Assembly: GCA_902797405.1 (NCBI GenBank)
Contig: CADBSP010000123.1
Coordinates: 1-37,990, forward strand
DNA length: 37,990 nt
Direction: 5' to 3'
DNA from: an uncultured Eubacteriales bacterium
GTDB taxonomy: Bacteria > Bacillota > Clostridia > Peptostreptococcales > Anaerovoracaceae
Shown here: in pieces, positions 20,143 to 27,790 of the stretch
Numbering within the stretch: position 1 is the first letter of the stretch
Layout of the letters: each line of letters begins with the position of its first letter
The notes under the pieces: model-generated
What the model saw: the letters and a program-made list of their open reading frames with translations, nothing else
What the model was told of the DNA's origin: nothing
The model's database searches: none
Position numbers and translations under genes: made by a program

Positions 20143-20280
20143 ACTATTGCTATTGCTATTACTTTTTGCTATTCTTTTTGCTATGACTTTTGCTATGACT
20201 ACTACTATTACTATAAATATAAATATAAATGTAAATATAAATATAAATGTAACTATAACTATAACTATAAATAATATATA
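20143..20280. repeat. Intergenic low-complexity hexamer tandem repeats
   Basis: Degenerate runs of CTATTG/CTATGA/CTTTTG, then AAATAT/AAATGT, then AACTAT. Confidence 0.8.
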
Positions 20281-20313
20281 AAATAAGGACGACCCCAGGT
20301 GAGAATCGTCCTA
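20278..20313 (-). terminator. Intrinsic terminator after ispH-rpsA
   Basis: Minus strand AGGACGATTCT-CACCT-GGGGTCGTCCT (with G:U pairs), then TATTTTAT. Confidence 0.65.
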
Positions 20314-20374
20314 ATTATTACTATTAAACAAATGATTCAATAGGTGTTGTGACTATATCCAATGGTGATTCTTA

Positions 20375-22636
20375 TTATTTGTCTTCCTTATCGTCATCAT
20401 CATCGTCGTCATCGTCATCGTCGTCGTCATCATCATCGTCATCTTCCTTAGCAGCATCCTCTACCGGAGCTTCTTCTGCTGGAACTTCTTCGACTACTTC
20501 AACTACTTCTTCTACGACTTCAGATGCTTCAGATGTGGCTTCCTGATCTGCTTCAGATGCCTCCTGAGCAGGTGCTTCTTCAGTAGCTTCTTCTTCTCCA
20601 CCTTCGATAGTTGCCTTGATGCTTAGGCTAATTCTCTTTCTCTCTGTATCGATGTCGAGAATCTTAGTCAGAACTTCCTGTCCAACCTTCAGTTCTTCAG
20701 AAATATCTGCAACTCTCTTATTGGCAACTTCCGAAATATGAACGAGTCCGTCCATACCGGGTTCCAATTCTACGAAAGCACCATATTCCTTAAGCTGAAC
20801 AACCTTGCCCGGAACTACGGAACCAATCTGATACTTCTCATTGATTACACTCCATGGTTCAGGTGTGATCTGTTTTAGGCCTAGTGAAATCTTGTTCTTA
20901 TCCTGGTTCATGGAAAGAATCTTAACATTGATTGTATCTCCAATCTTAAGAACTTCTTCCGGATGTCTTAACTTACCCCAGGAAATCTCTGAGATATGAA
21001 GGAGTCCATCCAATCCACCGATGTCTACGAATGCACCGTATTCGGTAAATCTCATTACTGTACCTTCCACAACATCACCCACATTCAGGTTTTCCCAAAT
21101 GTTTGCGATTTGCTTCTGCTTCTCATCCATAATAACTGCCTTATGTGAGAATACAGCTCTGTTTCTTCTTGGATCAACTCTAGTTACTCTTACGTCCATA
21201 GTCTTTCCAATGTATTCGTCGGCTTTATCAGCCTCAACGAATCTGTCAGAAAGCTGGGACATAGGAATAAATCCTGTAACTTCCTTGTAAGCAGCAATAA
21301 CACCACCGTTGACTGCTCTTACTACCTTTACATTGATAATATCCCTGTTCTCGTGAGCTTCATTGATCTCTGTCCAATGCTCACTGATTTCAAGACGTTT
21401 CTTGGAAAGCAGGATACTGCCATCACCGTCGTCTGTCTTGATGACCTTGGCCTGAATCTCATCGTTAGGCTTAAATACGCTGGTAAGAGTTTCTCCTTCC
21501 TCTAGTGTGATTTCATCTGCAGGAAGGATTCCGTCTTTTTTGCAGCCCAGATTTACGATTACTTCCTTGTCTGTAACCTGGTGAACTGTGCCTGTAACGA
21601 TTTCTCCATTCCTAGGCAGTCTGGTTGAAGCTTCAATTTCATCCATGAAATCTGCCATTGTCATTGCTTCTTCTTTGACAGGCTCTTCTTTTACGGCTTC
21701 TACCTGGACCTCTTCTACTTTAGGTTCTTCTTTGGTGATTTCTTCTGTTGTCATGTTTTCGTTAGTGATAACTTCGCTCATTTTGGCAATAACCTCCTTA
21801 ATTGCACTTTCGGGCGTCGAGGCACCCGCGGCAACTCCTATTTTATTATATTTTTTGATTTCTTTCAATGGTAAATCTTGAATATTTTCAACAAAAAAAG
21901 TATTTGGACAGTACTTTTTGGAAATCTCATACAATTTTTGTGTGTTTGAACTATGCCTACCACCAATAATCACCATAGCATCAACGGATTGAGCAGTCTC
22001 TTTGCAGCTGTCCTGCCTAAGTGTTGTTGCATTGCAAATAGTGTTATGAAGCTCGTACTCCTGATTCTTCTCCTCCAGCACTTCGACAATATCATCCATG
22101 AGTTCTTTTCTGATGGTAGTTTGACACACGAGAAAATATGGCCTATCGGAGTTAGCTATCTCTTTTGCTTCCGTTTCACTTCCAACTATGATTGCCTCAT
22201 AATTGCACCAACCGTTTGTTGCGATTACTTCCTGGTGAGTGGCATCTCCTATTATCAAAACCGGCTTTCCATCATCATAAGCTTCTTTCACCAGTTCGTG
22301 AATCCTGGATACAAAGGGACAAGTGGTATCTGTAAGAATAATTCCCATTTCAATTGCTTTTCTATAGAATTCCTCAGGCTCACCATGAGATCTTATTACA
22401 ACACGGTCTCCTTCACGGGCCTCATCTAGTGATTCTATAATCTCACATCCCCTTTCCTCTAATGATTGGGTTACTTGTGAATTGTGAATAAGTGGACCGC
22501 ATGTAAATAACCTACCCCTAATTGCTTCAGGAATAGTTTTTTCCGACAGATATTTTTCAATCTCTTTTTCTGTAATTTCCAAGGCTCTTTTTACACCAAA
22601 ACAGAACCCTGAATTATTTGCTCTTTTGATTTCCAT
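20375..22636 (-). CDS. ispH: Fusion of 4-hydroxy-3-methylbut-2-enyl diphosphate reductase (IspH) and 30S ribosomal protein S1 (RpsA), with an acidic tail
   Basis: N-half: GFCFGVKRA, LIHN, RSHG, TCPFV, TICNAT, SSNT, AGASTP. C-half: S1 repeats (YGAFVDIGGLDGLLHISEISW; YGAFVELEPGMDGLVHISE). Ends in D18-KEDK. Confidence 0.95.
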   Translation of the reverse strand: MEIKRANNSGFCFGVKRALEITEKEIEKYLSEKTIPEAIRGRLFTCGPLIHNSQVTQSLEERGCEIIESLDEAREGDRVVIRSHGEPEEFYRKAIEMGIILTDTTCPFVSRIHELVKEAYDDGKPVLIIGDATHQEVIATNGWCNYEAIIVGSETEAKEIANSDRPYFLVCQTTIRKELMDDIVEVLEEKNQEYELHNTICNATTLRQDSCKETAQSVDAMVIIGGRHSSNTQKLYEISKKYCPNTFFVENIQDLPLKEIKKYNKIGVAAGASTPESAIKEVIAKMSEVITNENMTTEEITKEEPKVEEVQVEAVKEEPVKEEAMTMADFMDEIEASTRLPRNGEIVTGTVHQVTDKEVIVNLGCKKDGILPADEITLEEGETLTSVFKPNDEIQAKVIKTDDGDGSILLSKKRLEISEHWTEINEAHENRDIINVKVVRAVNGGVIAAYKEVTGFIPMSQLSDRFVEADKADEYIGKTMDVRVTRVDPRRNRAVFSHKAVIMDEKQKQIANIWENLNVGDVVEGTVMRFTEYGAFVDIGGLDGLLHISEISWGKLRHPEEVLKIGDTINVKILSMNQDKNKISLGLKQITPEPWSVINEKYQIGSVVPGKVVQLKEYGAFVELEPGMDGLVHISEVANKRVADISEELKVGQEVLTKILDIDTERKRISLSIKATIEGGEEEATEEAPAQEASEADQEATSEASEVVEEVVEVVEEVPAEEAPVEDAAKEDDDDDDDDDDDDDDDDDDKEDK
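21840..21868 (-). promoter_or_regulatory. Putative internal sigma-A promoter for the S1 half
   Basis: TTGAAA-17 nt-TAAAAT; downstream SD AAGGAGGT (21799-21792) and in-frame ATG at 21781. Confidence 0.55.
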
Positions 22637-22645
22637 GAACCTATC

Positions 22646-23305
22646 CTATATGATATTGCCGTATAAAGCAATACCTCGCTTTTCGTAATCAAGGTTTCGT
22701 AAATCATCTACCGAAAACACTTCTTCCTTCATCTTTTCGATTCTTCTCATACAGGTTTCCATCCCAATTCTATTATCCGCTAGTATTTCCATCACCTTCT
22801 TAACTGTCTCGCAACCATTGGTTTTGCCGGCGTCTCCTGCCATTTGTTTCTTATACTCACCCTTTTTATACTCATTCAAATCCTCTAAAGGATATATTTC
22901 ATTTAAAAATTGAAATACAGCTTTTCGAATCACTTTATTCGGATCTTTAAGAGGCATATCCGAGCTTCGTACAGGAACATAGGAAACCCTAACCTTTCCA
23001 TCCCTACAAAGAAAAACAAGTTTCTCTTTTAATAGATACTGCGATGGAAAAATATAATGGTCCATAGTTGAACGCATTCCCTTAATTAACATCGAGGCGA
23101 TATAAGGAGCCTCGCTAAAGCTCATCCCTCTCCTTATGGGATCCATATCGGACAGGTTATAACAAAGCCGTATACCTTCTTTATCCAAAATCTCATACGT
23201 CATTGGAACAAAGAAATCCATTTTGTTTCGAGTTACTATATCCAATTGAAAAGGGATTATATCTTCATATCTAAAATCTTTACATACAATGTCTTTTAAT
23301 GCCAT
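22646..23305 (-). CDS. Tad-locus-associated hypothetical protein (resembles DUF6382-type domains; no FHA domain seen)
   Basis: ATG at 23305 has SD GGAGG; last gene of the tad cluster. The family call rests on position and loose resemblance only. Confidence 0.55.
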   Translation of the reverse strand: MALKDIVCKDFRYEDIIPFQLDIVTRNKMDFFVPMTYEILDKEGIRLCYNLSDMDPIRRGMSFSEAPYIASMLIKGMRSTMDHYIFPSQYLLKEKLVFLCRDGKVRVSYVPVRSSDMPLKDPNKVIRKAVFQFLNEIYPLEDLNEYKKGEYKKQMAGDAGKTNGCETVKKVMEILADNRIGMETCMRRIEKMKEEVFSVDDLRNLDYEKRGIALYGNII

Positions 23306-23306
23306 C

Positions 23307-24071
23307 TTATCCTCCACAGGACGCACAGGCGGTATAGCCCCTAGACTCTGCATCCTTCTTCTCCATTTCCACATAGTATTTATCCACCGCACTGCACTTC
23401 CCCAAATGATATACCTTTCCATCCGTGAAGAAGCAAAATACTACTTCACCCAATGCTGCACCTCCGCTGTGACAATTTGAACATGGTTTAAACTTTGATT
23501 TTATGTCACCGGTCAAAAAAACCTTCTCGCATGCAGGATTAAGGAATGGGCAACTCTTATTGTGATATCTTTCTCCTCTATTTGGAAAAACATAAACTAT
23601 CTCCGATCTTTCATAACCGATTAATGCATGTTCTCCTGAATCCCCGGATCTATTAAGTCCTGTAAAGGCTCTGGACCTAACCCTTTGATCGATTCTAAGG
23701 AGACTGTATTTACCTAGAGGATTCAATCCTGAATAATCTAATCTCAGTCCAATTGAGATTAAGTCTTCCATTCCCATTTCTCCGTGAAGATATCCGTAAT
23801 CCGAAAGATGAACACTGTCTACCACAGGGCTTTCAGACTTTACCTTTCTCTCCACTATAATGGGAAGAGTAATTGGATCCTCTATAAATGCAGCTTTTAT
23901 ATCAGCCGCTTTAAGTTCCTCTCCCATAACAAAAAGTGCTTTTTCCGAGGCAGAAATCATTGATACTATTGATATTAAGAGAGCCATTACAATTATGAAC
24001 GGTGGAATAATAAGCGAGGCTTCCAGTATGTATGTGCCCTTTTTACTCCTGATATTCTGCTTCAAACTCAT
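23307..24071 (-). CDS. TadE-like pseudopilin with two C-terminal Cys/His (Ada-like) metal-binding modules
   Basis: KKG|TYILEASLIIP prepilin motif plus hydrophobic helix; RYHNKSC...CSNC and VYHLGKC...AESRGYTACASC. Start could be 24071, 24083 or 24089. Confidence 0.75.
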   Translation of the reverse strand: MSLKQNIRSKKGTYILEASLIIPPFIIVMALLISIVSMISASEKALFVMGEELKAADIKAAFIEDPITLPIIVERKVKSESPVVDSVHLSDYGYLHGEMGMEDLISIGLRLDYSGLNPLGKYSLLRIDQRVRSRAFTGLNRSGDSGEHALIGYERSEIVYVFPNRGERYHNKSCPFLNPACEKVFLTGDIKSKFKPCSNCHSGGAALGEVVFCFFTDGKVYHLGKCSAVDKYYVEMEKKDAESRGYTACASCGG

Positions 24072-25317
24072 ATACTTCACCATTTGCATTCATCTGATAA
24101 TTCACACCCACATAATGTTCCTGTATAAGAAAATCACTCCTATAGTTATAGCGCATATTAATCTGAATCAAATCCATTATTCTTAAAAGTTTTGTTTTGT
24201 CATCCAGTAAGCAAAGCATGTACACTATGTAGTCATTATAGTCATCGCCCGTTCTATTACCAGTATCTATACAGCCGTCATTAATATTGTTTATTACATT
24301 CTCCAGACTCACAGCCCAGGATTCTTCAGTCTTCATTACAGGTACAGGTTTTCCACGAATCAATAGTTCATAATCGTTCACGCTCTCTGCCAGAGCCCAG
24401 GCACCTGTAATTACTGCAGCTGCCTCCTCCGGTGCATAACCCGCGGTTATTACCGCTGCTGCAGCAAGAATCATTTCCTGCATTTCAGGATTGCTCTCAA
24501 TATACATTACATTCATAACTTCTCTCATTGCGATTATTCTATTCCGTACGGCTTTCCTGTTCTGCTCATCGGAAGTCTTTCCTGCGACTATATACTCCTG
24601 TTCTCCGAACAAAAAACCATAATTTCCTTCTTTGGCATAGTACGTATTTCTAAACTTACTCTGGATATATTTATTAATAAAATATTCATCTGTACCAGTT
24701 TTAATGATATCCCTTACCGAGGTAAATGATTTTAAAAACTCTCCGGCTCTATCCAAAAGCCCATCATTTGTTCTCCCTGCAGATGGCAAGGAGTTTAATG
24801 TGCTCTGGTTAAATATAGCTCTGGGACTTCCTGATGATCCTGTTCCGTCATCATATCTGACCAGGGCGGAATCGTTTTCTCCCATTATGAGCCCCGATGC
24901 TGTTTCCAGGGTCATAATTTCCCGTATCTGTTTTAAGAGGTTTTCTGTTTTAGCCAAGGAAAAATCATATATTTTTACGTTTTCTACATTACAACTGGCA
25001 TAGTGCTTATGTTTAAACGTATAGTCAATTAAGAATTGTAATTTTTGTCCTACCAAACCTTCGTCGCCATAATAAGCAAAAATGCCATATTTATCATATA
25101 ATTCAGTATCATATTCTCCCAAAATAGATTCCGCCCACAAATCACCCAATACATATGATCCTGTTTTAACTAATTCGTTTTTTGAAGCAGAGATATAGAA
25201 GCTTATTAGGGAAATCATCGTGGTTAAAAACACCAGAGCGTATACAGTAATAGAACCCCTTTTGGAAAGTATTTCTTTTCCGGAAATCAATTGCTCTTTA
25301 TGAAGCATCACATTCAT
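24043..25317 (-). CDS. TadG-like large pseudopilin (DUF5702-like)
   Basis: KRG|SITVYALVFL prepilin-like N-terminus; EQEYIVAG..SDEQN, WALAES..D..LL..GKPVP..K, Y.DY, RIMDLIQIN motifs typical of Firmicute tad loci. Confidence 0.7.
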   Translation of the reverse strand: MNVMLHKEQLISGKEILSKRGSITVYALVFLTTMISLISFYISASKNELVKTGSYVLGDLWAESILGEYDTELYDKYGIFAYYGDEGLVGQKLQFLIDYTFKHKHYASCNVENVKIYDFSLAKTENLLKQIREIMTLETASGLIMGENDSALVRYDDGTGSSGSPRAIFNQSTLNSLPSAGRTNDGLLDRAGEFLKSFTSVRDIIKTGTDEYFINKYIQSKFRNTYYAKEGNYGFLFGEQEYIVAGKTSDEQNRKAVRNRIIAMREVMNVMYIESNPEMQEMILAAAAVITAGYAPEEAAAVITGAWALAESVNDYELLIRGKPVPVMKTEESWAVSLENVINNINDGCIDTGNRTGDDYNDYIVYMLCLLDDKTKLLRIMDLIQINMRYNYRSDFLIQEHYVGVNYQMNANGEVYEFEAEYQE

Positions 25318-25437
25318 CCCTTCTAAACCTAGTATATACAGAACTTCGTTTTTTATTTGGTCATATTAACTATCTTTATACTCATCACTTGCTAAACATG
25401 ATTATTTCTGTATTTTTGTAGCTAAATACCGCTAAGC

Positions 25438-25752
25438 TTATTCCACAAAGAATTCGCTAGTCCTAACCATAGTGGCTTCATCGATTACGTACCCGTATGC
25501 ATTATAATTCTTGGATAATTCGTATAAATAAAAACCGCCGGTACCGGATGTTGTCGATGTACTTCTTTCAATCTTTTTCATCAATGCTTTTTCCTCTCTA
25601 ATTGCATTTATTATTTCCTTTTGCACATTGCAGTCTGCCCTGAATGACGCAAACTTAAAAATGCATGCACCGATTAAAGACACTATGATTAGGATGAATA
25701 ATGGTAAAACCATAGAGGCCTCTACTATTTCCTGACCTCTTTTATTTGCTAT
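25438..25752 (-). CDS. Short TadE-like pseudopilin (start codon uncertain)
   Basis: NKRG|QEIVEASMVLPLFILIIVSLI prepilin motif. No ATG/GTG/TTG between the flp stop and the motif; an ATA at 25752 overlaps the flp TAG. Confidence 0.6.
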   Translation of the reverse strand: MANKRGQEIVEASMVLPLFILIIVSLIGACIFKFASFRADCNVQKEIINAIREEKALMKKIERSTSTTSGTGGFYLYELSKNYNAYGYVIDEATMVRTSEFFVE

Positions 25753-25889
25753 GCATTTAGGTCGGAGAAAACCGTATTTACGAATTGTGTGATTTGTGTT
25801 CTGAATATCAGGCCTAGTGTTATTGCTAAAGCTATCAAAATTGCAACTTGCACCATTTCCATACCACTTTTGTTTCTTAGCATTTTCAT
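25749..25889 (-). CDS. Flp1-like major pilin, 46 aa
   Basis: Below the ORF-track cutoff; translated by hand: MKMLRNKSG|MEMVQVAILIALAITLGLIFRTQITQFVNTVFSDLNA*. Purine-rich SD (AAAGGAGAAAAGGGAT) upstream; lies directly after tadC. Confidence 0.85.
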   Translation of the reverse strand: MKMLRNKSGMEMVQVAILIALAITLGLIFRTQITQFVNTVFSDLNA

Positions 25890-25940
25890 ATCCCTTTTCT
25901 CCTTTCATGTTTTTTGAATTCTTGGATTTATTAATTATAT

Positions 25941-26906
25941 TTACATCTGCATAAGTGCAGGACCGGCCGTTATTATTAGCAATGCTATCATCATTATTCC
26001 CAGAGGAAGGGTTAATTTGCTTTCTGCAATTCTTCCCTGTTCCTCTGCTCTTTTCTTTCTTTTTTCCCATAATAGTTCTCCCTCCAAAGCCAGCTTTGAT
26101 CTTAAATCCGTACCCTTTTTTTGATTGTCCATGATTATAGTGGTCATTCTTTTTAGCTCGGATATTTTCTTCTTCCTTGCATATTCATTAAGTAGTTTGG
26201 TGGTGTCCCCATTGGTTCTCTCGGCTTCTTTTATTATCGTTCCGAGTTTTCTGGGAAGCAGACTCGTGACACCTAAGCCATCATCACTCGTAATTGCTAT
26301 TCTCTTAAGGCACTCCTCGTAGACCAGCCCACTTCCCAAAAGAAGAACCAATTTATTGTTGAATGACGGAAGTTCATTTAGAATTGAATAAGCTTCTCGT
26401 CTTTCTTTCTGCTTAACTTCATCCTTCTCCCCTCTATACATAAACATGAGAAGAAGTGGTGGGAAAATAATTGGAAGAAGCCACGTCATTTCCGATTCGC
26501 TTCTTTTCCATTCCAGGATCATAGAATCACCAATTTGATTTGGAAGAACCAAAACATCCTCTTCTGTTTGATTCATCTCTCTAATCAACCTGGTTATCTC
26601 AATATTCATTTCATCTTCTTCACTTAGGATATGCTCAGCCTTATCAGACTCTTTTACTAATCCTTTCTTAAGAATCACATCTCTCTCAACCGATACTCCG
26701 TTTCTAATTGCTGTTACACTTAAAGAAACCCCTTGGTTTATCGATTCACCCTTTACACCTTGTATTTCATTCTCCTCGAATACAAACATATTCCTTCTGG
26801 ACTCTGACGATTTATAGAGAAGCACCATAGCGAGAAGCGATATTAGGGCTATGAGAATAATGAATATTCTTTTGTTTTTACAGAAGACCATAAACTCCTT
26901 CATCAT
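25941..26906 (-). CDS. tadC: TadC-like (type II secretion F family) membrane platform protein
   Basis: ELPSF.NKLVLLLGSG; E...LWEKRKKRAEEQG.IAESKLTLPL; SD GGGAGG before ATG at 26906. Confidence 0.8.
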   Translation of the reverse strand: MMKEFMVFCKNKRIFIILIALISLLAMVLLYKSSESRRNMFVFEENEIQGVKGESINQGVSLSVTAIRNGVSVERDVILKKGLVKESDKAEHILSEEDEMNIEITRLIREMNQTEEDVLVLPNQIGDSMILEWKRSESEMTWLLPIIFPPLLLMFMYRGEKDEVKQKERREAYSILNELPSFNNKLVLLLGSGLVYEECLKRIAITSDDGLGVTSLLPRKLGTIIKEAERTNGDTTKLLNEYARKKKISELKRMTTIIMDNQKKGTDLRSKLALEGELLWEKRKKRAEEQGRIAESKLTLPLGIMMIALLIITAGPALMQM

Positions 26907-26939
26907 TGCCACCTCCCATATCAATCTATCCATACATCC

Positions 26940-27046
26940 TATTCACATACTCATACTCATATACATGTATGCCTGCGTTATTATATTTTTGTATTTTTAT
27001 ATTTTGGTATGCTTGTATTTTTGTATTTTTGCATCCTTATATTCTT
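26940..27046. repeat. Degenerate hexamer/octamer tandem repeats between tadB and tadC
   Basis: CATACT x2-3, then GTATTTTT/ATATTTTG/GTATGCTT/GCATCCTT/ATATTCTT octamers. Confidence 0.65.
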
Positions 27047-27790
27047 CTAAACTTCAATCCTGGTAATCTTCTCCGTCATGTAAACGGAATAAACCATAGC
27101 GAGCGCAGCAACAGTCATTAATATCTTTCCGAGGAAACTTTCATACATAAGGTCCAAATAAGAAGGCGATGTTAATCTTAAAAACAATATCATCGCAATT
27201 GGCATGATTCCCATCATTCTTCCCTCTGTCTTCTTTTGTGAAAAAAGTGTCCTCATCTCGTTTTCGATATTTATCTTTTCAACAATTAGAGAGGATGCCC
27301 TATCCACTGCCTGAACCAGATTGCCTCCTGCATCCCTGCAGGCAGAAAAGACTCTAGAGAAATCTTCAATATCCTCCAATCCGCTTCTAACAGCAAGGTC
27401 ATTCCACAATTCAACATCGCTTCCGGCAACCTCCCGCATCTTCTTTATCATATGAGTCAATTCTTTCTTCATATCGGAATCTTCACCATATATATCTCCA
27501 ATCTGCAAGGATGCGATTTCCATAGCTTCCTCTATATGTGCGCCTGCAGCAAAGGACGAAGAAAAACTATAAAGAACATCCCTAAACTGATCTCTGATTT
27601 TTATTCTCCTTTTATCGGAAAGCATTTCCTCTATGGGTTTCTTTAACAGAATGAATACAATAGGAGCAAGTAAAGTTCCGAGGAGCGAATTATAGAATAA
27701 GAATCCACCCAAAAGGGTTGCAGCAATGGAGAATATCGCCAGAATAAACATCTCTCTATTCTTCAGTTTATAATTCCTGTAATCCTGCAT
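27047..27790 (-). CDS. tadB: TadB-like (type II secretion F family) membrane platform protein
   Basis: QFRD.L.S.SSS..AG..IE.A, A.RSGLEDI.DF..VF....GGNL, KKTE..MM..MP. Confidence 0.85.
   Translation of the reverse strand: MQDYRNYKLKNREMFILAIFSIAATLLGGFLFYNSLLGTLLAPIVFILLKKPIEEMLSDKRRIKIRDQFRDVLYSFSSSFAAGAHIEEAMEIASLQIGDIYGEDSDMKKELTHMIKKMREVAGSDVELWNDLAVRSGLEDIEDFSRVFSACRDAGGNLVQAVDRASSLIVEKINIENEMRTLFSQKKTEGRMMGIMPIAMILFLRLTSPSYLDLMYESFLGKILMTVAALAMVYSVYMTEKITRIEV

Noticed and set aside
20143..20280. Possible CRISPR array
   Set aside because: Only 6-nt periodic low-complexity repeats; no repeat-spacer structure and no cas genes.
20349..20546. Poly-Ser ORF on the + strand
   Set aside because: Antisense reading of the S1 poly-Asp/Glu tail.
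23306..23422. N-terminal extension of ORF 22646-23422
   Set aside because: Overlaps the TadE-like gene; ATG at 23305 has a clear GGAGG SD.
25753..26070. A single 210-aa protein from ORF 25438-26070
   Set aside because: The 5' part overlaps the tadC end and flp in another frame; only the part from about 25752 looks like a pseudopilin.
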